A stretch of DNA of 64,000 nucleotides from Mobula hypostoma (taxonomy: Eukaryota), in NCBI RefSeq assembly GCF_963921235.1, contig NC_086123.1, positions 31,000,001-31,064,000 of the forward strand, read 5' to 3'. Shown in pieces: positions 1 through 13,100 of this stretch (positions are counted from its first letter, which is position 1; every line of letters begins with the position of its first letter). The position numbers were made by a program, and so were the translations under genes. The notes below the pieces were generated by a model, which did not search any database, was not told where the DNA came from, and saw nothing but the letters and a program-made list of their open reading frames with translations.

Positions 1-80
1 AAAAATTCCCCGCAGTAAATTGGAAACGTTTTCGCCCTGTTACAGGGTTCAACGCTATCGGCTGATTCACTTTCGGATTC
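1..80 (-). promoter_or_regulatory. Distal part of the promoter of a fourth ISG15-like copy lying left of the window
   Basis: Position 1 onward matches 19272 onward (offset 19271), directly after the ISRE of copy 2; retains most of the kB-like site and the GAAAGTGAAT motif. Confidence 0.8.
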
Positions 81-619
81 CGTTCTGGTGTCAGCATCTG
101 CAACAATAACACAGGCACAGGGAAGCCGAGAATGTGAAGCCCGATCTTGACCGGAACATAACCTGAAACGTGTCATCTCTGAATACATTTATCTGGTTCA
201 TTCAGTGACAACCTAAGTGATAAAATGCTCGAATCCACCCAAACAATACAACACAACTGTGCCCAATCCACATCACCTCTATTTCCCCATCTTTCTTGCC
301 CAGATCCCCGTGGGCAGACAGCCGTAGTTTTACCCCGTTTCCCGAGCTTCACCCCATCCAGCATATCAATCTTTTCAACGTCCACTATCTCCACCGTGAT
401 TCCACCATTTGTAACACATTCTGTTCTGCACCTCTTTCTGTTTTCGGCATGGACCCCTCGGTCCGTAACTCACAGGTCCTCAGATACCTCCCCCACCCCA
501 CCTCCCCCACCCTCACCAGCGAAACTTTGTAAGTGTAGGATGTGTTACAGCTGACCTCTCCAATGGTCAGCCCGCCTCCATCACCAACCAGTGCCCTAAA
601 GAGAGACCCAGGAGATCAT

Positions 620-1360
620 ACAGACGCCAGGAATCTTGAAGAGCAGCCAAAATTGTTGGGGGAACTCTGGAGGTCAGGCAGCATCAATGGAGGGAAATGA
701 ACATCCATAATTCACTCGAGATCCTTCATCAGGATTGGAAAGAAAGGGGGCTGAAGCCAGAATAAGGAGGAGGGATGAGAGAGAGGTGGAGTATAAATTA
801 GTGAGGGGGAGAGTGGATGAGTGTGGGAGTGGGGATGATGTGTGAAGATGGGAGGTGATCGGTGTAAGCACTAAGGGGCTGAAGAAGAAGGAATCTGATT
901 GGAAAGGACAGGAGACCATGGAAGGATATGGGGATCCTGGGAGGGTCATGAGGGTGGGGGAGGAAAGAGGTGAGAGGATCACTAAAATAGGAAAAAAACT
1001 AAAGGGGAGGTGTTGACCAGAACTTAGAGTTTAATGCCATCGGGTTAAAGACTACTCAGAACGAGTATGAGATATTGCTCCCCCAGATTGTGTTTGGCTT
1101 CATCGTAGCAGTGTCCTAAACTGCACTTCCAGGTGAGGCGGACATTCACGTGCACCTCCCTTGGCTTTCTTTATTGTAGCAACTGCTTCTGATGTGGTGT
1201 CCTCTATATTGGTGAGACCAGGTGGAAATTAGACTGGGAATCTCTTATCAGATTCCATCATCTGCAGCTCTTTATCACCTCCACCCATCACTTCCCAGCT
1301 TCTGTCCCCATGTCCACACTCCCTCCTCCATCCGCCTATCATTCATTCTCAACCGGATCC
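620..1360. mobile_element. Degenerate Penelope-like element remnants, repeated in each array unit (also ~13380-14120, ~19890-20630, ~32450-34420)
   Basis: Decayed CTGATGA..GAA hammerhead-like terminus on minus at ~710-735; decayed GIY-YIG-like segment (FQVR..FTC..LYIGET) on plus at ~1127-1220. Confidence 0.55.
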
Positions 1361-2719
1361 ATCTTGTGTTTAGGACAGCAATAAAGGACCTCCATCTCCA
1401 TCTGGACACAAGGTTTCTTCATTGCTGTTTCTGTGACAATTATTTTTTGACCAGTCACTGTTCTTATCCATGAGCTGAACACCTGAACCTGGAGATGTGG
1501 TGGTCCACTGTTAGTTTGCCCTCTGTTAGAGTGAAGTTTTTTGGATAGATGATTTGTTTACACTTAAATGACTTTTGCCACCAGACTTCTATTTGACAAA
1601 GTACTGTGGATTGAGTCCACAACAATGCGCTTCCTAAAGGTGTGAATACCAGATGCTTCTGGTGCCATAGTTTGACCAGATGCTGTAGTTTCAAAGACAG
1701 TATTATCTGTACTTTATAAATATTAATTGTCTTCTATGTTAGCACATAAAATGCCAAATAAATGTATGGTGGATTTAACTAAAGGCTGTGGATACCAACC
1801 CAGACATGTTGGCGTCGGAAGGAAAGGATGAAATCCGAAGATGTGATGTTTGTATGTAGCTTCAAAAGGAAGCATTGTCTATAACTTTTTAGGTAGTGAT
1901 GGCCTTTGAGTTTAGCATATAAATATCTGAACCCACATTGGACTAACAGTCCTTTCTACTGGAAGCGTCTCCGTCCATATGATGCCTGCTTGTTGTGTCG
2001 AATGTCGAATAAAGAAGCTGGTTTGAATCTACCAGTGACTCTGACTCTCCATTAATGTCATCCACGCTACAACACCCTCTACCCTTTGACCTGTTTGGCA
2101 CACGTGACCCTACCAAGAGCCAAAGCAAAAGGCCCTGACTCCAGCCAACGTAACTCTCTGGGTCATTGAGGCACACAAGCCTCCAAGCCCTGCGACAAGG
2201 TTGTGGTGCTCTTGGAATAGATTTACCTGAGCAAACATTAACTATTTGAGAGGTCAGGTGGACATTGCTAATGCTCAGTGTAAGCATACTAAAAATTGTG
2301 GAATCATATAATTTGTTTAAGTTAATATGTAGAATTATCTTCTGGCATGTGTTAATACCTTAGTTATTATCTTTGGGACTCAGCACAAAATTGAAAAGAT
2401 GTTAAACCATCAATTTACACCTAATTCTTAAAATGCACAGACTCATTGATAGATTTGTTTCCTTTGCCTCTTCTTGATCCTGCAGGAGTCTGTTAAAGTT
2501 CTTAAAGTAAAATTCTAGGACAATTAAAGGACAATTTTGAAACCTTTATTCTGGGCTACAGCAATTAATTATTCAGGTTTTAAATGACAAAAGGATCAAT
2601 TCCACCTCGCTACATCAGCAAAATTGGAGGTGAGTTTAAATTCAGAACCTTAATACCATCCGCCCCAATCAAAGGTGCTTCCATTTCAATTAAGATCGAT
2701 ATCTTAAGACAATAATAAG

Positions 2720-3550
2720 ACACTAACCTATCCCTCAACGTCAGCAAGACGATGGAATTGGTTGTTGACTTCAGAAGGAGTAGTGGACCGCACAACCCTA
2801 TTTACATTGGTGGTGCGCAAGTGGAACAGGTCAAAAGCTTTAAGTTCCTCAGGGTCAATATCACAAATGACCTGACTTGGTCTAACCAAGCAGAGTTCAC
2901 TGCCAAGAAGGCCCACCAGTGCCTTTACTTCCTGAGAAGACTAAAGAAATTTGGCCTGTCCCCTAAAACCCTCACTAATTTTTATAGATGCACCGTAGAA
3001 AGCATTCTTCTCGGATGCATCACAACCTGGTATGGAAGTTGTCCTGTCAAAGACTGAAAGAAGTTGCGGAAGATCGTGAACATGGCGCAGCACATCACAC
3101 AAACCAATCTTCTGTCTGTGGACTCACTGTACACTGCACGCTGTCGGAGAAGTGCTGCCAGGATAATCAAGGACACCACCCACCCAGCCAACAGACTTTT
3201 TGTCCCTCTTCCCTCCGGGAGAAGGCTCAGGAGCTTGAAGACTCATATGGCCAGAATTGGGTACAGCTTCTTTTCTACTGTGATAAGACTGCTGAACGGA
3301 TCCTGAGCCAGATCTGGGCCGTACCCTCCAAATATCCGGACCTGCCTCTTGGTTTTTTTGCACTACCTTACATTCCATTTGTCTATTTTATATGTATGAT
3401 TTATAATTTATATTTTTATTATTTACTAATTTTAACTATTTTTAATATTTAATATTTGTAATCCAGGGAGTGTGAAGTGCAGATTCAAATATTGCTGTGA
3501 TGATTGTACATTCTAGTACTAGTTGTTTGGTGACAATAAAGTGTAAAGTA
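2720..3550 (+). mobile_element. 5'-truncated Rex1/Babar-type LINE (RT C-terminus + 3' UTR), degenerate
   Basis: ORFs ELVVDFRR...KFL.VNIT.DLTWS...LYFLRRLKKF...FYRCTVESIL and HPA..LF.PLPSGRR; internal stop; AATAAA at the end. Confidence 0.8.
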
Positions 3551-3647
3551 TATCCTAGGCAAGGGGCTGGCAAACATGCAAATGTGTGCAGAAGAGGGAA
3601 TTCATACTGGAACTTTCGAAAACTGTTATCACAATTCCATGCATAAT

Positions 3648-4764
3648 ATAGAAACATAGAAACATAGAAAATAGGTGCAGGAGTAGGCTATTCGGCCCTT
3701 CGAGCCTGCACCGCCATTTATTATGATCATGGCCGATCATACAACTCTGAACCCCGCCCCAGCCTTCCCTCCATACCCCCTGACCCCCGTAGCCACAAGG
3801 AAAATATCTAACTCCCTCTTAAATATAGCCAATGAACTGGCCACAACTGTTTCCTGTGGCAGAGAATTCCACAGATTCACCACTCTCTGTGTGAAGAAGT
3901 TTTTCCTAATCTCGGTCCTAAAAGGCTTCCCCTCTATCCTCAAACTGTGGCCCCTCGTTCTGGACTTCCCCAACATCGGGAACAATCTTCCTGCATCTAG
4001 CCTGTCCAATCCCTTTAGGATCTTATACGTTTCAATCAGATCCCCCCTCAATCTTCTAAATTCCAACGAGTACACGCCCAGTTCATCCAGTCTTTCTTGA
4101 TATGAAAGTTCTGCCATCCCAGGAATCAATCTGGTGAACCTTCTTTGTACTCCCTCTATGGCAAGGATGTCTTTCCTCAGATTAGGGGACCAAAACTGCA
4201 CACAATACTCCAGGTGTGGTCTCACCAAGGCCTTGTACAACTGCAGTAGTACCTCCCTGCTCCTGTACTCGAATCCTCTCGCTATAAATGCCAGCATACC
4301 ATTCGCCTTTTTCACCGCCTGCTGTACCTGCATGCCCACTTTCAATGACTGGTGTATAAGGACACCCAGGTCTCGTTGCACCTCCCCTTTTCCTAATCGG
4401 CCACCATTCAGATAATAATTTGTTTTCCTATTTTTGCCACCAAAGTGGATAACTTCACATTTATCCACATTAAATTGCATCTGCCATGAATTTGCCCACT
4501 CACCCAACCTATCCAAGTCACCCTGCATCCTCTTAGCATCCTCCTCACAGCTAACACTGCCACCCAGCTTCGTGTCATCCACAAACTTGGAGATGCTGCA
4601 TTTAATTCCCTCATCCAAGTCATTAATATATATTGTAAACAACTGGGGTCCCAGCACTGAGCCTTGCAGTACCCCACTAGTCACCGCCTGCCATTCTGAA
4701 AAGGCCCCGTTTATTCCCACTCTTTGCTTCCTGTCTGCCAACCAATTCTCCACCCACACCAATA
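3648..4764 (-). mobile_element. 5'-truncated CR1 LINE (RT domain)
   Basis: ORF 3737-4798 with QGSVLGP..F..YINDL, KFVDDTK, RPHLEYCVQFWSP; (CATAGAAA)n CR1 tail; ATAAT at both junctions relative to the empty site at 16185. Confidence 0.92.
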
Positions 4765-4784
4765 ATGATGTAGGAAAGGGAGCA

Positions 4785-6640
4785 GCCTTGGCAGTCAAAG
4801 TGAAGGATAATCCAAAGAGCTTTTACAAGTATATTAAGAGCAAAAGGATTGTAAGGGATAAAATTGGTCCTCTTGAAGATCAGAGTGGCCGGCTTTGTGC
4901 GGAACCAAAAGAAATGGGGGAGATCTTAAATAGGTTTTTTGTGTCTGTATTTACTAAGGAAGCTGGCATGAAGTCTATGGAATTGAGGGAATCAAGTAGT
5001 GAGACCATGGAAAGTGTACAGATTAAAAAGGAGGAGGTGCTTGCTGTCTTGAGGAAAATTAAAGTGGATAAATCCCCAGGACCTGACAGAGTGTTCCCTC
5101 GGACCTTGAAGGAGACTAGTGTTGAAATTGTGGGGGCCCTGGCAGAAATATTTAAAATGTCGCTGTGTATGGGTGAAGTGCCGGAGGATTGGAGAGTGGC
5201 TCATGTTGTTCCATTGTTTAAAAAAGGATCGAAAAGTAATCTGGGAAATTATAGGCCGGTGAGTTTAGCGTCAGTAGTAGGTAAGTTATTGGAGGGAGTT
5301 CTAAGAGACAGAATCTACAAGCATTTGGATAGACAGGGGCTTATCAGGGAGAGTCAACATGGCTTTGTGCGTGGTAGGTTATGTTTGACCAATCTGTTGG
5401 AGATTTTCGAGGAGGTTACCAGGAAAGTGGATGAAGGGAAGGCAGTGGATATTGTCTACATGGACTTCAGTAAGGCCTTTGACAAGGTCCCGCATGAGAG
5501 GTTAGTTAGGAAAATTCAGTCGCTAGGTATACATGGAGAGGTGGTAAATTAGATTAGACATTGGCTCAATGGAAGAAGCCAGAGAGTGGTGGTACAGAAT
5601 TGCTTTTCTGAGTGGAGGTCTGTGACTAGTGGTGTGCCACAGGGATCAGTGCTGGGTCCATTGTTATTTGTCATCTATATCAATGATCTGGATGATAATG
5701 TGGTAAATTGGATCAGCAAGTTTGCTGATGATACAAAGATTGGAGGTGTAGTAGACAGTGAGGAAGGTTTTCAGAGCCTGCAGAGGGACTTGGACCAGCT
5801 GGAAAAATGGGCTGAAAAATGGCAGATGGAGTTTAATACTGACAAGTGTGAGGTATTGCACGTTGGAAGGACAAACCAAGGTAGAACATACAGGGTTAAT
5901 GGTAAGGCACTGAGGAGTGCAGTGGAACAGAGGGATCTGAGAATACAGATACCAGATTCCCTAAAAGTGTCATCACAGGTAGATAGGGTCGTAAAGAGAG
6001 CTTTTGGTACATTGGCTTTTATTAATCAAAGTATTGAGTATAAGAGCTGGAATGTTATGATGAGGTTGTATAAGGCATTGGTGAGGCCGATTCTGGAGTA
6101 TTGTGTTCAGTTTTGGTCACCAAATTACAGGAAGGATATAAATAAGGTTGAAGGAGTGCAGAGAAGGTTTACAAGGATGTTGCCGGGACTTGAGAAACTC
6201 AGTTACAGAGAAAGGCTGAATAGGTTAGGACTTTATTCCCTGGAGCGTAGAAGAATGAGGGGAGATTTGATAGAGGTATATAAAATTATGATGGGTATAG
6301 ATAGAGTGAATGCAAGCAGGCTTTTTCCACTGAGGCAAGGGGAGAAGAAAACCAGAGGACATGGATTAAGGGTGAGGGGGGAAAAATTTAAAGGGAACAT
6401 TAGGTGGGGCTTCTTCACACAGAAAGTGGTGGGAGTATGGAATGAGCTGCCAGACGAGGTGGTAAATGCGGGTTCTTTTGTAACATTTAAGAATAAATTG
6501 GACAGATACATGGATGGGAGGTGTATGGAGGGATATGGTCCGTGTGCAGGTCAGTGGGACTAGGCAGAAAATGGTTCGGCACAGCCAAGAACGGCCAAAA
6601 GGCCTGTTTCTGTGCTCTAGTTTCTATGGTTTCTATGGTT
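4785..6640 (+). mobile_element. 5'-truncated CR1 LINE (second subfamily), one in-frame stop at ~5550
   Basis: ORFs 4434-5552 (3' part) and 5586-6563 with NYRPVSL, YMDFSKAFDKV, FADDTK; (TTTCTATGG)n tail. Confidence 0.92.
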
Positions 6641-6904
6641 GAGTGAGGTAAAAGTAACACAGTGGGGAATAGTGACAGTTAAACTTCAATATTTACTTTG
6701 GATTAAATAGGAAAGAATGCAGAATAGCTAACATAATGATTCCATTGTGTAAAGTGTTGAATGTGAATTGGGGTTTTTGAGAATCTTGTACATGGTTCAA
6801 ATGCCACAATCAAACTTTGGTCAAGATACTTCATCTCTTACCAGGGTCTACAGAAATAGATGAACGCAATCACACAGAAATGCCAGTGTTCCTGCATTTA
6901 GACT

Positions 6905-6910
6905 TTTATT
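6905..6910 (-). terminator. Candidate polyadenylation signal (AATAAA) of ISG15 copy 1
   Basis: TTTATT on plus ~670 nt downstream of the stop; same position in all copies (16469-16474, 28994-28999). Confidence 0.55.
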
Positions 6911-7577
6911 AAAAAAATCATTTCAAATCATATTGGAAATTTCAACAATGAAAATTGCAAAACATTTAGAACTTCAACTAATCTGATTTCATTAAATGTT
7001 AATGCTAAAATGAAAATCAAGACCCATTGGAAGAACACAGTAACTGAAGCAAACAATTTTTGAGGTCGTTAAGTCATCTCCCCCTCCCCCATCAAACCCA
7101 ATCTTATTAGTGGGATTTGTTTCAAAACATTGTAAATTGAAATTGCCACAGCAGTTATTTCTGGGTCTCTGAGTGAAACCCATTATATGTGGGAAATCAT
7201 AGACCATCAGATTATGATCAGCCATTCGGAGTTACATTGATCTGAAGAGGAGGTGCAGGTTGCCAGAGTTCCTTTGATATTGTTAATATCTGGCCTCTGC
7301 AAAATTGACAACCCATGTTTTCCAGGCTAAGAAGGCAACAAGGTGATAAGCGACAAACGTCGATGGGAATTTATGTCATTGTCCGACAGACACCCCATCA
7401 GTACAGCATTAATACAGAGCGGAAATCGGTCCTTTCTCCAACTTGTGAATGTCAGTGTGGAACGTAGCAGATACACAGGATAAAGTAACAAAGTGCTCAC
7501 GACAGAATATAGGAATGCAATAAAATACCAATAAATTATTTTTAATCACAGTTTTCTCAACCGTCTGCAGGAGTAAA

Positions 7578-8045
7578 TCAGCCTCCACGTAGCCGGAGCA
7601 GCAGAGAGATGGTGGTTAGTGGTCTGATGTTGTAGTAGGAGAGCAATCGCCCATCCTCCAACTGTTTGCCCTCGTAAACCAGGCGCTGCTGGTCGGGTCT
7701 GACTCCCTCCTGCCGATGGACCCGCTCTTTAAACTTCTGCACGGACTCAGAGGGCATCACGTCGTACGTCGTCGTTTTCCCCTTGTCGTTCAGGAGAAAT
7801 ATCTGCATGGATTCCTCTTTCCTGACCAGCAACATGACGGTGGGGCTGGGGTTGAGGTTGTAGTAGCTCAGACTTCTGTCGTCCTGCATCTCCACGCTTT
7901 GGCCATTTTGCATCATCAGACGCTGTTGGGAAATGGGCACGTTGGTCTTTTCCTGGATTTTCATCTTGAGTGTCGACACTTGAATGGAAGGGTCGACATC
8001 AAGGTCGAAACCATCGCCGGTGATGAACCTCACCTGAAGTCTCAT
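7578..8045 (-). CDS. isg15: ISG15-like ubiquitin-like protein, copy 1 (155 aa, two UBLs, exposed LRLRGG)
   Basis: Tandem UBL with C-terminal LRLRGG-stop; acceptor cctttctctacag 12 nt upstream of ATG (exon starts 8057), i.e. a 5'-UTR intron as in fish ISG15; upstream ISRE. Confidence 0.9.
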   Translation of the reverse strand: MRLQVRFITGDGFDLDVDPSIQVSTLKMKIQEKTNVPISQQRLMMQNGQSVEMQDDRSLSYYNLNPSPTVMLLVRKEESMQIFLLNDKGKTTTYDVMPSESVQKFKERVHRQEGVRPDQQRLVYEGKQLEDGRLLSYYNIRPLTTISLLLRLRGG

Positions 8046-8728
8046 CTTGTCAAATCGCTGTAGAGAAAGGAGAAGTGATTAGAGAGTTTTTACACCAGAT
8101 GTGCATGAACTATGATGTATTAATATGGCATTGCCTATAATATCAACATAATTAGACTATTTACTAAGATCTGTAGACAAACGGGAAAAGACAGACCCCT
8201 CTTTCCCAGCAGTTCTGAATGTGTGACAGGAATTTTGAGCCGCAATACTGACAATTGACGGGAGAGGGACTCCGTGAGCCGGTGGGTTTAAACATTTTTG
8301 AACCTGATTCGATCAGCAGCAAAAAAATGTGTAAATGTCTCATTGGGACCGTAGTAAGTGTGCAACTTGTTTAGATTTCTAAGCCAGGACCATTCCAACC
8401 GCCGCTTAATAGGGGAAAAAAAATCACTTTTGTCACATCGCGTTAATGGTGTACCGGGGAGAGCATTCGGACTTGTTGCATCACCGTCTGATATGGAGGG
8501 ACCACGACACAGGGTCAGAAAAAGCTGCGGAGGGTGGTAAACTCATCCAGCTCCATCATGGGCACCAACAGAGGGTATCTTCAAAAGGTGATGTCTCAAG
8601 GAGAAGGCATCGATCATTCTCGGCCTGCAGGTCATGCCCACTTCTCATTGCTACCATCAGCGAGGAGCCTGAAGACTCACGCTCAACGTTTTAGGAACAG
8701 ATGAACTAATGAACAGTATTTTTGTCTG

Positions 8729-8764
8729 ACACACACACACACACACACACACACACTCGTATAT

Positions 8765-8800
<36 letters not shown>
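8729..8800. repeat. Inverted microsatellite (AC)14-spacer-(TG)16 in the ISG15 copy 1 intron
   Basis: Read directly from the sequence. Confidence 0.95.
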
Positions 8801-8802
<2 letters not shown>

Positions 8803-9599
8803 ATTATAATTTATATTATATGTTATGTACTGCATTGTACTGCCGCCCCAAATTGCCAAATTTAACGATTTAAATTAGTGGTGATCACCCGAATTCTGAT
8901 TCTAAATCGATTCTGCTGAGAATGAACTCCATTTACTTTCAACCAAACATTCACCCTCCACCCCCGCTTTCCTGCACAGAAAGTGTTCACTCCCGACCCA
9001 GACTTCCCGAGTCACTCAATTCACACGCAAATTATTGTCGTGACATGAACGAAGATTTCATGCACCGTTTTAACAAGACCGTCACTCTACATCAGCCGAT
9101 TAACGGGTTTCACCGAACCGTGAGCCGATCAATCTGAGAAGCAGGAGTGGCCATTCGGCCTGCACCGCTATTCAATGATATCCCCGATGATTCTTTACCT
9201 CGCCGCTAGTTGACAACAATTTGTCTCGTATCTATTGCCCCTTTCTGTAAAGTTAGTTTTCTACTAACTTGTTCTCGCCCCGCGTTTTGTCAGCGGTAGA
9301 GACTACATTTCCTGCCCGGTTCAGAGGATCTTAGTAATTTAAATTATATTGTCAATGTTGTAAATAGCTAGATAAAAATGAGAACTTTGAGATAATCAAA
9401 TAAAGTCTTACAATTTTTGTCGACAGTACCGGAAGTCAGGACGAATCTGAAGAAAATCTGATCCGCAGCTTTTTTTCTTTGCCCTTTATTCCGCACCGAC
9501 TTTCAGCTCTGGTCCGGGTAAATCAATAGAAATTTTCCGGCTGCTGCTGATCGGTATCCCCGCTCCTGCAACTCTGCGTCTCTCCGCCTCCCCCGGCTC

Positions 9600-9790
9600 G
9601 CTTTATCTTCTGCTCCCGTTTCTGAACGTCACCGCACCGCTGGGCTGATCTCACGGCCCGCTGTCGCTGTGTTGACAAACAAACCAATCAGGTTCCAGCC
9701 GAAGTTTCGTTTCCGAAAAATTCCCCGCAGTAAATTGGAAACGTTTTCGCTCTGTTACAGGGTTCAACGCTATCGGCTGATTCACTTTCG
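9600..9790 (-). promoter_or_regulatory. ISG15 copy 1 promoter: ISRE GGAAACGAAACT (9703-9714), abutting kB-like GGGGAATTTTTC (9715-9726), IRF half-match GAAAGTGAAT (~9780-9789), CCAAT, GATAAA TATA-like
   Basis: Motif matches in a CpG-rich block ~1.6 kb upstream of the coding exon, conserved in all copies. Confidence 0.8.
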
Positions 9791-10101
9791 GATTCCGTTC
9801 TGGTGTCAGCATCTGCAACAATAACACAGGCACAGGGAAGCCGAGAATGTGAAGCCCGATCTTGACCGGAAAATAACCTTAAACGTGTCATCTCTGAATA
9901 CATTTATCTAGTTCATTCAGTGACAACGTAAATGATGAAATGCACGAATCCACCCAAACAATACAACACAACTGTGCCCAATCCACATCACCTCTATTTC
10001 CCCATCTTGCTTGCCCATCTCCCCGTGGGCAGTCAGTCGTAGTGTTACCCCGTTTCCCGAGCTTCACCCCATCCAGCATATCAATCTTTTCAACGTCCGC
10101 C

Positions 10102-13100
10102 ATAGAACATAGAACACAGAATAGTACAGCACAGTACAGGCCCTTCGGCCCACAATGTTGTGCCGACCCTGAAACTCTGCCTCCCATATAAGCCCCCACC
10201 TTAAATTCCTCCATATACCTGTCTAGTAGTCTGTTAAACTTCACTGGTGTATCTGGCTCCACCACTGACTCAGGCAGTGAGTTCCACGCACCAACCACTC
10301 TCTGAGTAAAAAACCTTCCTCTAATATCCCCCTTGAACTTCCCACCCATTACCTTAAAGGAATGTCCCCTTGTATTGAGCAGTGGTGACCTGGGGAAGAG
10401 GCGATGGCTATCCACTCTATCTATTCCTCTTATTATCTTGTACACCTCTATCATGTCTCCTCTCATCCTCCTTCTCTCCAAAGAGTAAAACCCTAAATCT
10501 CTGATCATAGTGCATACTCTCTAAACCAGGCAGCACCCTGGTAAATCTCCTCTGTACCATTTCCAATGCTTCCACATCCTTCCTATAGTGAGGTGACCAG
10601 AACTAGACACAGTACTCCAAGTGTGGCCTAACCAGAGTTTTATAGAGCTGCATCATTACATCGTGACTCTTAAACTCTATCCCTCGACTTATGAAAGCTA
10701 ACACCCCATAAGCTTTCTTAACTACCCTATCCACCTGTGAGGCAACTTTCAGGGATCTGTGGACATGTACCCCCCCGATCCCTCTGCTCCTCCACACTAA
10801 CAAGTATCCTGCCATTTACTTTGTACTCTGCCTTGGAGTTTGTCCTTCCAAAGTGTACCACCTCACACTTCTCTGGGTTGAATTCCATCTACCACTTCTC
10901 AGCCCACTTCTGCATCATATCAATGTCTCTCTGTAATCTTTGACAATCCTCTACACTATCTACAACACCACCAACCTTTGTGTCGTCTGCAAACTTGCCA
11001 ACCCACCCTTCTACCCCCCCACATCCAGGTCGTTAATACCAGTAGTCACAATCCTCCTATCTGAATGTACTCCCTCCACCACGACCCTCTGCCTTCTGCA
11101 GGCAGGCCAATTCTGAATCCACCTGGCCAAACTTCCCTGGATCCCATGCCTTCTGACTTTCTGAATAAGCTTACCATGTGGAACCTTGTCAAATGCCTTA
11201 CTAAAATCCATACCGATCACATCCACTGCAATACCCTCATCTATATGCCTGGTCACCTCCTCAAAGAACTCTATCAGGCTTGTTAGACATGATCTGCCCT
11301 GCACAAAGCCATGCTGACTGTCCCTGATCAGACCATGATTCTCTAAATGCCCAGAGATCCTACCTCTAAGAATCTTTTCCAACAGCTTCCCACCACAGAT
11401 GTAAGGCTCACTGGTCTATAATTACCCGGACTATCCCTACTACCTTTTTTGAACAAGGGGACAACATTCGCCTCCCTCCAGTCCTCCGGTACCATTCCCG
11501 TGGACAATGAGGACATAAAGATCCTAGCCAGAGGCTCAGCAATCTCTTCCCTCGCCTTGTGGAGCAGCCTGGGGAATATTCCGTCATGCCCTGGGGTCTT
11601 ATCCGTCCTAATGTATTTTAACAACTCCAGCACCTCCTCTCCCTTAATATCAGCATGCTCCAGAACGTCACCCTCACTCATATTGTCCTCACCGTCATCA
11701 AGTTCCCTCTCATTGGTGAATACCGAAGAGAAGTATTCATTGAGGACCTTACGCACTTCCACGGCCTCCAGGCACATCTTCCCACCTTTATCTCTAATTG
11801 GTCCTACCTTCACTCCTGTCATCCTTTTTTTCTTCACATAATTGAAGAATGCCTTGGGGTTTTCCTTTACTCCACTCGCCAAGGCCTTCTCATGCCCCCT
11901 TCTTGCTCTTCTCAGCCCCTTCTTAAGCTCCTTTCTTGCTTCCCTATATTCCTCAATAGACCCATCTGATCCTTGCTTCCTAAACCTCATGTATGCTGCC
12001 TTCTTCCACCTGACTAGATTTTCCACCTCACTTGTCACCCATGGTTCCTTCACCCTACCATTCTTTATCTTCATCACTGGGACAAATTTATCCCTAACAT
12101 CCTGCAAGAGATCTCTAAACATCGACCACATGCCCATAGTACATTTCCCTGCAAAAACATCATCCCAATTCACACTCGCAAGTTCTAGTCTTATAGCCTC
12201 ATAATTTGCCCTTCCCCAATTAAAAATTTTCCTGTCCTCTCTGATTCTATCCTTTTCCATGATAATGCTAAAGGCCAGGGAACACTGGTCACTGTCCCCC
12301 AGATGCTCACCCATTGAGAGATCTGTGACCTGACCCGGTTCATTACCTAGTACTAGATCTAGTATGGCATTCCCCCTAGTCGGCCTGTCCACATACTGTG
12401 ACAGGAATCCGTCCTGGACACACTTAACAAACTCTGCCCCATCTAAACCCTTGGAACTAATCAGGTGCCAATCAATATTAGGAAGTTAAAGTCACCTATG
12501 ATAACAACACTGTTATTTTTGCATCTTTCCAAAATCTGCCTCCCAATCTGCTCCTCTGTATCTCTGCTGCTACCGAGGGCCTATAGAATACTCCCAATAG
12601 AGTAACTGCTCCCTTCCTGTTCCTGACTTCCACCCATACTGACTCAAAAGAGGATCCTGCTACATTACCCACCCTTTCTGTAGCTGTAATAGTACCCTTG
12701 ACCAGTAATGCCACCCCTCCTCCCCTTTTTCTGCCCTCTCTATCCCTTTTAAAGCACTGAAATCGGGGAATATTGAGAATCCATTCCTGCCCTGGTGCCA
12801 GCCAAGTCTCTGTAATGGCCACTACATCATAATTCCATGTATGTATCCAAGCTCTCAGTTCATCACCTTTGTTCCTGATGCTTCTTGCATTGAGGTACAT
12901 ACACTTCAGCCCTTCTACCTTACGACCTTTACACCCTTTATTCTGCTTCTCTTTCCACAAAGCTTTCTATATTTTAGATCTGGCTTTACTCCATGCACTT
13001 CTTTCACTGCTCTATCGCTCTGGGTCCCATCCCCCTCGCAAATTAGTTTAAACCCTCCCGAACCATGCTAACAAACCTACCTGCAAGGATATTGCTCCCC

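Noticed and set aside
173-1694. Short ORFs conserved between 173-1694 and 19444-20965 as small genes
   Set aside because: Conservation reflects recent duplication; the ORFs are disrupted in other units and overlap TE remnants
4434-5552. 372-aa ORF (and reciprocal 353-aa ORF) as a novel fusion protein
   Set aside because: Reads across the junction of two opposed CR1 fragments; the N-terminus is antisense CR1 sequence
7578-8045. Polyubiquitin or FAT10/UBD assignment
   Set aside because: The two units are divergent with no internal GG; terminal LRLRGG, a 5'-UTR intron and an ISRE fit ISG15 better
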